A stretch of 64,000 bases of DNA from Chiloscyllium plagiosum. Lineage: Eukaryota. Where the stretch lies: assembly GCF_004010195.1 (NCBI RefSeq), contig NC_057751.1, positions 17,833,768 through 17,897,767 on the forward strand, written 5' to 3'. The position numbers and the translations under genes were made by a program. Shown piece by piece: positions 1-12,499 of the stretch (the stretch's first letter is position 1; each line of letters begins with the position of its first letter). The notes under the pieces were generated by a model, which was not told the DNA's origin, searched no databases, and worked only from the letters and a program-made list of their open reading frames with translations.

Positions 1-235
1 CATGCTCAGTGCGTGGGGACCTCCTGTGAAGCGCTTCTGTGATCTTTTCTCTGGCATTTATAGTGACCACTATAAATGCCGGAGAAAAGATCACAGAGGC
101 CCTCCACAGGAGGCTCCCACGTACTGACGATGTCATCTAGACAGGGGACAAAACGTCTGCAATACAAATTCCCAGCTCGGCGAACAGAACCACAACAATG
201 AGCACCCGAGCTACAAATCTTCGCACAAACTTTGA
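1..235. mobile_element. Fold-back Penelope-like terminal repeat (pLTR) with degenerate hammerhead core, inserted in a CR1 LINE; left part runs off the window
   Basis: Inverted repeat 1-65 / 68-132 around a 2-nt spacer. CTGACGA-TGTC..GAC-AAAA-CGTC at 124-157 resembles the terminus of the PLE at 19930-20020. Confidence 0.75.
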
Positions 236-985
236 CCCCCTCCTCTTTTTCCACCCTCCCTGTTCTTTTTTACATTTTCTAAATCCTGGAGCATCAAGCA
301 ACCAGTCCTGCGTCAGTGAAACCCACGTCTCCGTTATGGTCACAACATTATAGCCCCAAGTACTGATCCATGCCGTAGGTTCATCACTCTTATTTCTGAC
401 ACACTTTGCATTAAAGCAGACACATTTTAACTGATTCACTTGCTTAATCGCGTCAGAATCCTTCCCGATAGATTCACTATCTCCTGTCACTTCTCCATTA
501 GCAACTGCCCCCTCTCAGATATGTGGCTCTGATTCCCACCCTTCTGTCAAACTCAGTTAAACCCTTTTGAACCACACGTGTAAACATCCCACCCAAGTCA
601 TTTATGTCCCTTCAGTTCAGGTGCAACCCATCCTTCATGTACAGGTCCCACCTTGCCAGAAGGTGCCCCAATGTTCTAGATATGTGAAGTTCTCCCTCCT
701 GCACCAGCCTCGCAGCCACGTGTTAAGCTGCATTCGCTGACTATTCTTTACCTCACTATTTAGTGGCACCAGTACCAAACCCAAGATCACTATTCTGCTC
801 GTGCTGCTCTTCAGTGTCCAACATAGCTCTCTGTCGTCACTTTTCAGATCGTCAATCCCTTTCCTGGCTATATCTTTGGTGTCAATACGCACCACGGTTT
901 CTGACTGCTCACGCACTCCCTTCAGAATCCTGTAAACGCGATTGGCGACAACCCGGACCTTCGGTGTTCCTCCCTCCCTCTTGGC
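233..985 (-). mobile_element. CR1/HER1-type LINE fragment: ORF1 esterase C-terminus and ORF2 APE endonuclease N-terminus
   Basis: LKCVCFNAKCVRNK...VVTITETW (APE motifs) and RIVILGLVLVP...LNTWLRGWCRRENF (CR1 ORF1 SGNH-like). Confidence 0.85.
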
Positions 986-1238
986 AGAATGTCTTTCCTT
1001 AGACGGGAGACCAAACTGCACATAATATTCAAGTTGTGGCCTCACCAAGGCCCAGTTTAACTGTCAGACAAAAATGTGGGAAGAATGCCGTGCGATGAGA
1101 AATGCAGATGTTCAGTCCGCAAAGTGTCAACTGAATTCAGCAACACAGTGTAGCAGAGTGAGGAGAGTGTTCGGCAATGGGCAAAGAAGTAAAAAGGGGT
1201 TGGAAGAGTGATTTGAAGTATTCCTCATATTAAATTAT

Positions 1239-1397
1239 GTTAGGTGAATTGTCCATGCTAAATTGCACGCAGTGTTTGGTGCATTAGTCAGAGGTGAATG
1301 TAGGGATATGGGTCTGGGTTGGGTTGCTCTTCGGAGGGTCGGTGTGGACTTGTTAGGCCGAGGCGCCTGTTTCCACACTGTAATGAATCTAATCTAA
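1239..1397 (+). mobile_element. HE1-type SINE, 3' half
   Basis: Matches the 3' half of the intact SINE at 12902 and ends in (AATCT)n. Confidence 0.85.
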
Positions 1398-1875
1398 ATT
1401 AACGGAGGATGAGTTGCCTGAAGTCAGCCTTTCAATTAAGCAGTCTGGGAAGAAGGGCAAGCAATCAGCATCACAATTAAAGTCACTAGGGCTACGGTGA
1501 GTGGCCTGGAGTGTAAACGCAGTGAAAATGTTTGGGAAGTGTACCTTGTCATTTACAAATTAGGGATTTTGATGGCTCTGCAGTCAAATAGAAATGGAAA
1601 TGGCTGTGTGGAGCTGTCTGCAATTAGCATTATGATAAAATGGTCCACAAGGAGAGGCTTGAATCAACATCATAGTGTTGCAATGTGGCAAGAGAAATCT
1701 GCAGTGGTGAATGCAGTGAAACTGTCTGCGAAGAGTTGGCTGCAGTGAGCCAACTCTTCGCAAATGCGATGCGAAATGTTGATTATGTTGAAATGTTACA
1801 CTTCAGTAACAATGAGGAGTGATCAGAAATGTATAGAGCTCTTGATAGTCCCAGCGATTGCCACTATTTTGGCAA

Positions 1876-2204
1876 TTAGATTTTTTTTAGATTAGATTAA
1901 AATTCCGACACTGTGGAACAGGACCTTTGGTGCAACAAGTATACACCGACACTCCGGAAAGTAACCATCCAGACCCATTCCCCTAACTAATGCACCACAC
2001 AATACGGGCGATTTACCATGGCCAATCCAATCTAACTTGCAAACCTTTGGACGGTGGGAGGAAACTGGAGCACCCAAAAGAAACCCACATATACACGGGG
2101 AGAATGTACAAACTCCACACAGACAGTCATCCGAGGTGGGAATCAAGCCTGGGTTCATGGCGCTGTGAGGCAGCTGAGTTAACCATTAAGCCATCGTGCC
2201 GCCC
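1876..2204 (-). mobile_element. HE1-type SINE, full length, diverged
   Basis: GGGCGGCACG head, tRNA-like region and (AATCT)n tail on the minus strand. Confidence 0.85.
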
Positions 2205-3373
2205 CTATTGTTGAATATATTATTTGTTCAGAAGTAAGTCGTGCCATCACAACTGGTGGAAGCTGCACTGTTAAGAGTACATTGTTGGAACTGAATGACT
2301 TGCATATGTCGTGGAACCTGGAATGGATGAATACAGGTATAGGTGCGTTTGAACAGCGTAGCATTTGTCACAGATGGCAGAACGGCTGGAGTTAATTCAG
2401 AGTTTTACAGAGAAAGGAACGATTATTTTGTTCCAAAGATATGTACAACGATAGAGTAGACAATAATGGCTCGAGGAGGTTATAAAGATTGTCAGTTGTT
2501 TGGCAGGTTGTGAAGGTTGCATAGATCGCGACAGCCTGAGTTTATAAACGGTATTGGGAAGATTGTATCTGCAGATAAACTTGTGATCTTCGTCAGTGCT
2601 ACTTTCCTGAACAAGATTACATAAACAACGAGTACTGTTGTGGCTGGAAGCGATTACAGGAATTCGGAGAACTTGTGTAGATGGACGAGTTCACAGAGGA
2701 AGAGGCGCTTAAGGAAGCAGGGGAGGTTGCGTTGTGTGTTGTTATGGATGGCGGATGTTTTGCAGATTGGAAACATTCTCAGTTCTATGGGGCGTCACTT
2801 GCAACGTGAGGGCTTCGCGAACTCGTAGTGTTTATGGAGATACGGACGAGAGCAGCAGCTAGAGATGTGTCGAGATTTTAGTAGGTGTCAACACGGTGTA
2901 AATTTAGGAACAGGCGCAGTTTAGGAGGCCTTTAAAAATATGGATTTTTGTTGTGCTGTACAGCGTTACAGCGGATGGAAGAGCTGAAAACATGTATGAA
3001 TTGCCAGTGATGCGAATTTGACCATGTGTACAGAATCTGTGTATTTGCCAGACTAAAGCATGTTACAGAGAGAAGGATAAGCAAACTGAGTTGAGGAGGG
3101 GATTGTCACATTTGGAGTTATAGAAGTTTGGTTGAGTGGAAGCATGTTAAGGAAGAATTGGTGAACAAGGGTAAGCCTGTGTATATCAATGTAACAGTCA
3201 AAAAGGCATCTGAGAATGGACAGCGAGCAGACAGGACGGTTTGATAATTGGGAAGTGGTGTGATTTCGGGATCAGACAGCTGTGCATTTGCTAATGCCCT
3301 GTTAATACATTGTGGGATGTGTGAGGCTCAACCCCAGCTCAGCAGTTGGTTTTGTATAAATTGCCACATAAAC

Positions 3374-3465
3374 CCTAATGAAGTGCTCATGCCCGAAATA
3401 TTCATTGTCCTGTTCTTCGGATGCTGCCTGACCTGCTGTGCTTTTCCAGAACCATACTCTCGAGC
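3374..3465 (+). mobile_element. Penelope-like terminus fragment with decayed hammerhead core
   Basis: cctaatgaagtgctcatgcccgaaa...gatgctgcctgacctgctgtgcttttccag, homologous to the arm at 43040-43128. Confidence 0.7.
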
Positions 3466-4286
3466 AAAAACCCTGAGTCTGACTCGAACGCACAGGGAGT
3501 GACAGCCCTGACATACCAGCAGATTTGGAACGAATTCAGATTCAAAAGTTATTTCTCAAAGTGAATGTCATCAGAATTATTTGTGAAACGACACAAAGAC
3601 ACAGTGCACAGCATTTAATATGGTGAACATATCGTTCTTTCCCTTGGCAGACATAAGATCTGACAACAAGTGCAAATGCATGAGAAGCTATCGATCTTGC
3701 CCTGTCCTTCACGAAGCAGCTCGACTTTTTATCTGTGTTCAACTGAAATCCAGATCTTGCACTTTGCTGAATTTGCTCTAGCACGTCTGACTCCCCCGCT
3801 TATTTCCATAACTCATATTTTAAGTTCAGCGCTAGGATTGTTCAATTTCCACAGTTTAACAACAACTGAATTGGAGATGGTGCAAGAAAGCAGTGTTGTT
3901 ACAGGTGATCCACCAAGATCTCTTTGAATGTTGCATCTCCTTCAAGGGCTGAAATAACTCCTGCTATATCTATTTCTTATATATTTTTTTCCGTCTGGGT
4001 CTCTGTGTGACCCTTATTGCTACTGTTATGCTGTTCCTTAAAGTGAATATTTCCTCCTTTTCATTTGTCTCAGGTTATCCGACAGCCTTCTCTTTTTTTT
4101 GAACCTGTAGTGTTCGATATTCGATAGTCTTACCAATATTATGCTGGTTCTCCAACTGCCTGTCTCCTCTTGTCAATTGATAACAGCTCTTTGACGTTTC
4201 TTTACTCCAGAAGGCTAATTTTCTTTTGTGATCGACCACTCCCAGTGTGGCTCTCAGTTGCTTTAATTTTTATTTGGTTGAATTAC

Positions 4287-5149
4287 TTATGCAAAAATAG
4301 CTTCCAGTGGGTTCCTGAGCTTCGCTCTGAACTTGGATAGAGATGCCACATAGACAATGGTGTTCGTGCAGCAATTCAAATTCCGCAGCATGTAGGCAAC
4401 TTGTTTAAATATGTATTCACCATCTCGATCTAAAGGATCATCAACATCGAAATAATATAAAATATACCAAATCCACAGAAAAATGAAGTTGCCAGATATG
4501 ACGAAGAGTAAAATTATACTCTGTCTTCTACTTTCCATCTCTGGGTCGCTGGAATCTTCTCCCTTACTCTGAACCTTCAGAGCTTTCCGGACTCGACTGG
4601 CTACTAAAATGTGTTTGACTGTCAGAGTGTTGAGGAACAGAATTAAACCAAAAGGGAATATTGGTGTTAGAATCTTTTCAAAGTTGTTAAATCCTCTCCA
4701 CACAGGGTCATAATAATATGCATCTGAATTCATACAGTACCATGGTACATTACTGATGATTTCATAAGGTTCAAATCTGAAGTAGATAGGGATATTTTTT
4801 ACAAACAACAGACTGCTGGTTGTTGCGAGAACCACGGTTGCAATTCTTTGAGTGCAGTATTTAGTTTTCAGTTTCGCACAACAAATGGTGACATATCGAT
4901 CAAAGGTGAAAGCAATTGTGAACCAGACAGAACAATCTATGAGTAGACGGCGCAGAGCATAACGAATACTACATACAGGGGTGATGTCCAGGAATGATGG
5001 TGGAAAAAAATCATGATTGATTCGACTGAGTATGATCTCAATGATAACGACCAATAGGTCCACCACTGCCATGGTGAGCAGGTAGCGTCTGCTGCAGGAA
5101 GATAGTCCACACGTATCCCGAAATAGGATCCCAACCGTCACTAAATTGA
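4287..5149 (-). CDS. Class A (rhodopsin-family) GPCR, GPR139/GPR142-like; coding exon 2
   Basis: Open frame with hydrophobic helices, MAVVDLL (TM2), FTFDRYVTIC (DRY), LTPIFPF (TM5), NCCTNTIVY (NPxxY variant) and SKFR (helix 8). Polypyrimidine tract plus TTACAG acceptor immediately before 5149, phase 1. Confidence 0.92.
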
Positions 5150-6352
5150 CTGTAAGAGAGGAAGAAGGGGGAAAATGATCAATGCAGGCCAATATGCTTC
5201 TTTACTGAGGCTAAGTGGTATGGATTCGACTTCATCAACACAAACGTGTTAAAGTAATTAGTTATCTAATCAATAATGTGAATCAACAGGACACTGAATC
5301 TCACACCTCCAGTTTTAATATATGTGTAACATAAGCATGAAACACACTGTATACAAGAGGACAGCGGCTCAGTAAGATTTTGACTGAGGAGGAAATGCAC
5401 AGGCAGATCAGAAACTATTTGATTCATTCAGGGTAATTTCAGTTCAAGCAACTCCAATTCCTGAAATTGCAACATTCTTGTTAAAACGAGATGACTACTT
5501 TAAGCCCCAGCCCCTTCGACACAAGTAACAATCCTACACTCAGCAATAGCAGACAGAGCAATTACATACCAGAAAGAACACAAAAGCAGATGCCATTTTC
5601 TCTGAGGCTGTTGAACTTTTGATGTTTTGTGTAATAAGCATTACAAAACACTGGCAAGAGAGGATGAGCATTCTGCATGACGCCGCCGGAAATGAAAAGA
5701 TGTGTTCAAATGTTCATAAGTGTCCAGGAAGATGTGGAAGACAGAGAGCTGTGTGGAGCTTTAAGATTGTTACAGACAGTTGGCTCAAATGCCAAGCTTC
5801 CGTACTGTGTATACTGTGCCTGAAAGAGTTTCCTCTCATGTCTCAAACACATCCAAAATTCTTTTCCTGTATTTCGTCGAAACAACTGAAAGATCTCGCT
5901 GTCGACACCAGCCTGCCCCAGCTAACTGTGCAGTCTAGCCTTAAGCAGCATTTCTGATGGTAAGAACCTCTTCTGTCCGGTTGTTTTTTTTGTTAAATCT
6001 ATGAGATTTTTTTTTTGAAATGTTTTTTTAAGTTTATTTTTTAAAATTGGTTTCTGCCTCTTTACGAATGAGGTATAAAATCGCAATTTCCTAGTATTCA
6101 GTCTCTGTGCAATTGATTACAGTACTTCACATGATATTCATCGGCGATTTTGATCCTCATGGAATGGTCCAGCACTGAGCGCAATAACATGGTGGGGAGA
6201 CATTGAAATAGTGGAAGCAAAGTGAAACTACGGGATGAGAGCCGGGATATTCGACCCAATGTGCTGTTGCAGGTAACATTTTTGCTTTCTGGACACTCGC
6301 GGAACTTTGTCAGGCACAGATTTGAATTGCCTCGGAGATTGTCTTTACTCAC

Positions 6353-6419
6353 CAGGTAACCCAATGACGGCTATGACCACGTAAAATATTTTCCTCACAG
6401 TTCGAATCAGATCGCGCAT
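6353..6419 (-). CDS. GPR139-like GPCR coding exon 1 (MRDLIRTVRKIFYVVIAVIGLP)
   Basis: ATG at 6419, 67 nt (22 codons + 1), ending CCTG|GTGAGT. The phase matches exon 2 and completes TM1 (..GLPVNLVTVGIL), giving a 309-aa protein. Confidence 0.88.
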
Positions 6420-7809
6420 TTTCAGTGCGCAGTAATGTGTCTCTTGCTTCTGTAGGCAATCCCCCTCAGTTTGCTTCTGTGATGGCCGATCAGCGGGACC
6501 TTAATAGTATACTCATCGGCATCTCCATGGGGACATTCGTGTTGCCCAATATTCTAAAGTGTTTTTTGCTTCTCGTTGAAAATTTAGAGCAAACAAATGC
6601 CGAGAGCTGAAGTAATCCTCTGACACTGAAAGATGTTTAGTGTGGGGAATGAAGTGGAAAAATACAGACTCCCTTATGAATGCACTGCACTGATCATATG
6701 AAGTAACTAAGCAGAGTTGGAATCTGTGAAAACGTCCCCTGAAAATGGTCTGACAAAATTCCCAGTTTTGGCTCAAGACCACGCAATGATGGACTTCATC
6801 CAATTTTAGTCAATGACTGAGTTTCAGAGGGTCAACATAGGCCTGTTTGGTTGAGTACTTTTGTATCGCACTATCATTAGTTGGAAACAGCTAGATGAGC
6901 GTTTCACACAATCAAAATGAGCCAAACAGATTTTGGACATTTGCACAGTCTTCTTCAGATTTGTGGCAGACCTGATGAGTAAATTGCACAACTCCTCATC
7001 TCTCCAACACTAACTCATTCAATTCTCTTTGTGGTTCTTCCTCATTTCTGCCCTATTGAAGTTTTGTTCACCACGCTCTCACGACCTATACTTCAGATAT
7101 ACACCAGGCTCTATAAGAATGGTAATACTCCATTACGTGGCTGTTCACGTATTGCCAATATCTTCAAGCCTTTGTATTTCAACGAATGACAACAATACAA
7201 ATAAGTGAATCGCCTTTGCCTTAGGACAAAACAAAACTTGGAAGTGTAAATGTCTCAATCATTTTTCGAGAGAGTTGTCCCCTCTTGTACAATCGCGATG
7301 AATTGTAATCTCTCTGAATCACTGCCAGGTTCTGATTTACTCGAGTGCTTTAACGTACCTGTTCATTGAATGCACGTATTAGAGCTTTTCAAACATAACA
7401 CGTTGTCCATATAAGTTCTGCGTCTAATTTTTTTAAAATTTTCCAAGCCTGTCATGACGCTTATCTAGTTATCTATGAATTCCCTGAGTCCAGAAACATC
7501 GTCGTAGGGGTTAACATTGAGTGGAAGCTGACGTGGTTTACTCAGACGAGTACACGAGCTCCACGAGCAGCTCAGACGTTCTGAATACTGCGTACATTCT
7601 GACTCCTCAATGCTATTCCACATTGACAAGTCAAAACTTTGTCAGAATCTTCACGACTTTCCCAATGACTGCAGTTTCAACAGTGCACAAGAAACTCATC
7701 ATCATCAAAATTTATTTCAGCAAAGAATACTATATTCACGATGCATTGTAGTTATTTTTAAAAAATGGTTTTGGCATTACCATGCAAAATCATGACAAGT
7801 ATAAAGACA

Positions 7810-8050
7810 AGAGAACATTTGCTTGAGAACATCAGCACTACAAGTTCCCCTCCTGTTCACTCATCATTCTTACACAGAATTATATCACTGCTCCTTCAGT
7901 GTCACTTGGTCAAAATCCTGGAATTTGCTCGCTGTCAGTACCGCGGGGTTCCCTGCACCAGACGGACCGAATCAGTTTCCATCACCTTCTCAGGACAACT
8001 TGTAACTGACAATAATTATTGTCACACCAGCAACTCACACATCACATGAG
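7810..8050 (+). mobile_element. Decayed 3' end of a non-LTR retroelement
   Basis: ccttcagtgtcacttggtcaaaatcctggaa...caccttctcagg; its distal part resembles 37296-37390. Confidence 0.5.
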
Positions 8051-8300
8051 TGTATATTAGAGGGCAAACATGTTGTTGGTTATACACAAATAGCTGGATC
8101 AAACTGCAGGCAAGTGTCATCCAGCATGACGACCCTTCAAACATCAGCAATAGTGCGATTGTTTTGAGGAGTTTGGTTATTGAAGAACGGCTGGCATTTA
8201 TCTCTGTGTGAGTGTGATTGTGGCGAGTAGGATAGTGAGCTAGTTAGGATAGGTTTACATTTAGTGATCCATGATTAGGATTGGGTAGTAAGGTTGACAA

Positions 8301-8407
8301 TGTAAGGACTGCAGATGCTGGAGCTGACGATCGAAAATAGGTGCTGAAAATGTACCGCAGGTCAGACAGCATCTGAGGAACAGGAGCATAAGCCCATCAA
8401 CAGGAAT
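8301..8407 (-). mobile_element. Penelope-like terminus fragment
   Basis: gactgcagatgctggag...gcaggtcagacagcatctgaggaacagg, homologous to 42921-43040. Confidence 0.65.
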
Positions 8408-9059
8408 AATGTGGAGTGTTCTTAGTACAGGAAAGTGCGGGAAGATGTTCAGTGCATGCTTCAGATTGCGTCTCCGACATTTTCCTCGTTTCCCTGGAAT
8501 AAATTACTATGTTGTGATTTAACCTGAAGTTAGGGGCTATTGCACATTTTATTAACTGGGACCCTGCTATGTTTAGAGGTTGTTATGGGACAGGAAAGTG
8601 TCCGTGCTGTTGGGTGCAGATAAATGGCACGTGAGTTCACTGCGTGGATAACATTGATAACACTGTGTGTTTTCGGAGATATGCATAGTGGTGACCTTAA
8701 AGAAATTAGTCTTGGTATCAATCTTCACTATCCCCATAATTCATTACGGACACGGCTGAGCTGACTGCAATCTCAAAGCTGAATTCTAATCCACCCTGAC
8801 AACCATTTCTTCTTATTTTTGTTTTGCAGGATTCTTTCTATCCCTTCCTTAAAAGGTATTTGAAGTCTTCGTTGTCACCACAAAGACAGGAGGAGTGTTC
8901 CAATGGCTGTTATTTCGACCAGAACATGCATAAGCAGCAATTGTCAATGCGTATTATCGCATCGATTCTGCCATTCACTTCAATGATTGGTGGTCTGCTA
9001 ATCACAGCTCCCCGTAATTCTCTTTTCTCCATAATACTTGTTTATATACTCGAATAACA

Positions 9060-9450
9060 GTCTGTGGTTCATTCTCGAATATCTTTGACAGCCCAATTTC
9101 GAAAACTTTCTGCAGCGATGTATTCCACAGATTCAGTGTCCACTGAGTGAAGCAATTGCTCATTACTCTGTCCTAAATCTGCGATCCTTTACTCTGAGAT
9201 CACTCTGTCTGGTCCTAGATTCATTCACGAGGAGGAAGAATATTTCTGTCCATATTTACCTCCATCCTACCTCCTTGGTTCATACCCACGTTTACGTCCC
9301 ATTCTGCTGAATCCCAAAGATTCCAGCTCCTCACCCTCTTCTCCGACGATAGTATTTCCATAAACACTTGTAACCATATGAACCTTCTATGGACTGGTAT
9401 TGCAGGTATTCAAGAAATTCGAAATGACTTTGCAAGATTATTTGACTTGG
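9060..9450 (-). mobile_element. Highly decayed CR1 3' fragment
   Basis: gtattccacagattc...ctgagtgaag and gtcctaaat...ctgagatcac resemble CR1 3' ends in this window. Confidence 0.45.
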
Positions 9451-10359
9451 AAGAGTGTCCAAGAATGTTAGTAACAGGCAGGGATTTTCGGCTCAGATTG
9501 GTTTCACAGGTTGGCCTCGCATCAAGGTCTAAAGGGCCTGGACTGCGCTGTAACGTTCTCGGTTACATTGTGGATGTTCTCAACAATGATGTTCATTTGA
9601 GCAGTCAGTGCAGAACTGTTGGGCCGGCAGCACTTCGGTGATTCTGTATGTTGTGATTTGTAACTCATTTTGTAATATAAACACATCAAAGATCCCAATA
9701 ATGGTTTACGTAATTTTGAACCACATTTTAAAACTAAACAATCACATACTTTGTGAATAATTAATTACAAACACCGATTTTGTGTCTCACACAAAAGACT
9801 TAATTTATTAAACACACAATGCCCTTAGCTGACGAACAATTCAACAAGGTCAGTTTATTCGTATCTATGCTACAAAACTGAAACTTTTATTTTCATCCCC
9901 CAAGCACCGAAATGACACAGAGTCAAGTAAAGACACTTATTTGACAAAACAAAGAAAGCAACGAAGCTTGCCAGGATATTTGATAGTGTCATACAGCACG
10001 GAAAGTTAGCTGTCAGTCCAACCACTTCACGTTCTCCATTTTAATAAACAAACGTAGACACACTTGATTACATGCGACACATTTCAGTTCAAATCTGCTT
10101 ACACCTACTTACAGAAACGTCTTCTCAATGTTGTCAAATAACCTGTATCTATTTTCCCCATAATAACTACTTCCTGAGTAAGAATATTGCCCGTTTGTAA
10201 TTTACATATCTTTCTCTTTTCATCTTAAAAGTATACTGCCAAGTTTTGAACACGTCCACCGAGAGGAAACTGTACTTGTTTCCCAATCACCATATTCCAA
10301 GGAAACAAGTCCCAGCAAATCCAGCCTGTATATTTTTAATCAAATTATTCTTTGAAGTG

Positions 10360-11990
10360 CTGCTGGAGAAGGTGGATTCTGTACAGGAAGGACGGGTTGC
10401 ACTTAAATTGGAGAGGCTCCAATGTCCTGGGCGAGTGAATTGATAGACCACTTGGGGAGGGTTTTAACATGTTTTGGCAGTTGGATGCCAACTACAGATC
10501 AGAAAGTTTTGTTGATCTTTCCGAAATTTAGATCTGTTTAAAAACAAACAATCAAGCAGGGAGGTGGTAAAACAAGAGGGGAATAGCATTGTCAATTAGA
10601 GAGCGCATCGCAGCTGGAGGAAAGGCGATTTTTGAGGCACATTTCTCTGCTGAGTCATTTGGGGTGGAAGTCCGTAACAGTAAATGAGTTGTCAAATTGT
10701 TTGCTTTAGCACCCCACCCTCCCCAATAACAGCAGAGAAATGAAAGAACAACATGGTAATCAGATTGTTGGAAAGGGGCAGAAGCAACAGAATTGTTTTT
10801 GGTGACTTCACCTTCCCCAGTATTGATTGGAACCTCCTTAGTGCCGATTATCTTAGTGGAGCCGATTTTGTCAGATGTGACTGAGAATGACTCCTTGCAC
10901 AACATGTAGTTTGGCCGACCGGGTGTGCAGGACTGGGGTGGGGTGGGGTGGGGGAGTGGGGATATGGTAGGATGTCATAATGGCTTTATTGCAAAGCAAT
11001 GAGCCAGGTCAGGAGTCAGATCCTTGGTGGGAGAACATACCAGTGACAGTGACCACAACGACCTTACCTTCACCATAGCCATTGAGAGGGATAGCAAAAG
11101 ACTGCAAAGGAATGTATTTAATTGGGGAGGGGCAATTATACTGCTATTAGACAGGAGAATTGGAAACAATCGTTCCACGGGAAACCCACAACAGATATGT
11201 GCATGGTGTTCAAGGAACACTTATTGCGAGTATCATACTGAGATGGGCAAGAAATGTTAACTCCAGGAGCTATGGATGGTGAGTGAAGAGGAATTTCTCG
11301 TCAAGAGGAAGAAAGAAGCTTACTTAAGGTTGAGGAATCAAGGATCTGGCACAGCTTTAGTGGATTACAGGGCACGTAGGAGAGAACTAAAAAATAGACT
11401 GGGTTGAGCTAGGAGGGGAAACGAAAAAGCCTTGTCCGGAAGACATATGGCAAACTCAAAGGCGTTCTACAATAACGTGAGGAATAAGTAATCTACATTA
11501 AGAGAGGAGGGCCAAAATTAGATATTGGAGAGAACTTGTGTCTGGATTCTGTCGAGGTAGCAGCGGCCCTAAATTGTTTGTTTTTTTTGCTTCTGGATTC
11601 AAGACAGAGAGACGGATCTTGTTGATCATGAGAAAACTATGGAACAGGTTAATAGGTTTGGACAGTTTGATATTAAGTAAGTGGATGTGCGGAAATTTCT
11701 GGGAAGCATTCGGATGGATGAGTTCCCAGGCCCTGACGAGAGGTTTCCAAGGTAATTCCGTGAAAAGAGTAATGTTGGGCTGAAGAGCCTGTTTCCACAG
11801 TGTAAGTAATCTAATCAAGAGTAATTGCTGCGCTTCTATCGATGATCTTTGCATCCTCACTCTCCAAGCAGAAGGACTGAATCATTTGAGAGAGGCGAAT
11901 TTTGTTTCTCTGTTCAAGAAAGGCAATAGCGAAATTCCTGGAAATTGCAGACCAGCTAACCTTACGACTGTGATGGAAAGGATTATAAGC
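10360..11990 (+). mobile_element. Decayed CR1 LINE (ORF1 end, APE, start of RT)
   Basis: DFTFPSIDW, GEHTSDSDHN and ANFVSLFKKGNSEIPGNCRPANLT motifs with many stops. Confidence 0.8.
11774..11816 (+). mobile_element. 43-bp 5'-truncated HE1 SINE tail with 9-bp TSD
   Basis: gttgggctgaagagcctgtttccacagtgtaagtaatctaatc flanked by AAGAGTAAT at 11765-11773 and 11817-11825. Confidence 0.8.
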
Positions 11991-11994
11991 CATA

Positions 11995-12190
11995 GATTCA
12001 CAAAGTTATATAGCTTAACCTTCGGTCAAGCACGGATCTGCCATTCTAAATTTATCTCTTCCCATTTCCGGGCACTTGGCCCATAACACTCCAGATTCTT
12101 CCTATTAATATACCTACACAAATGTCTTTTAAATGTTATAATTTTAGGAACCGCCAACACTTCCTCTGGCAGCTCATCTCATACATGGGA
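11995..12190 (-). mobile_element. CR1 3' end fragment
   Basis: gcacttggcccata...aatgtcttttaaatgtt...acttcctctggcagctc, the reverse complement of the HER1 3' region. Confidence 0.7.
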
Positions 12191-12499
12191 CCAATATGTT
12201 CCCATATGTTCCCAATATGTTCCTATGTTCCCATAGAAATTCTTTACATATAAATGAAAAATAGCAACGGACTCAACACCAATACATGTGTTCACCACAG
12301 GACCTCAGTTTGGAAAACAGCCCTTTCCTCTTTTAAAACCAAATATGTAAACGCAAAATACCAAGAAGCCCCTCACTGGTTGCATCACACTCTCCCAGGA
12401 CAGATATTGGACTGACAGAAACACTTGCTCTTGCATGATGTGGATAGGGCAGTAGTGGACTTGGGTCGACAACGTTCAAAATCACACAATACCAAGCCA

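Noticed and set aside
635..1048. 137-aa ORF as a novel fusion protein
   Set aside because: Chance junction of a CR1 RT C-terminal scrap (about 987-1063) with a CR1 ORF1 fragment
5150..5192. N-terminus MACIDHFPPSSSLT of the 301-aa ORF
   Set aside because: Non-ATG start lying in the intron's polypyrimidine tract; the true exon 1 is at 6353-6419
5570..5596. Possible alternative first exon MASAFVFFL|GTATGT (minus strand)
   Set aside because: Phase 0 donor is incompatible with the phase 1 acceptor of exon 2
9650..9960. Possible solo LTR (similar candidates near 16850-17100 and 18560-19260)
   Set aside because: Only compositional hints; no TG..CA boundaries, PBS or TSD could be fixed
12190..12236. 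Short repeat (CCAATATGTTC-like) as CRISPR-like or regulatory array
   Set aside because: No spacers; slippage-type simple repeat in eukaryotic DNA
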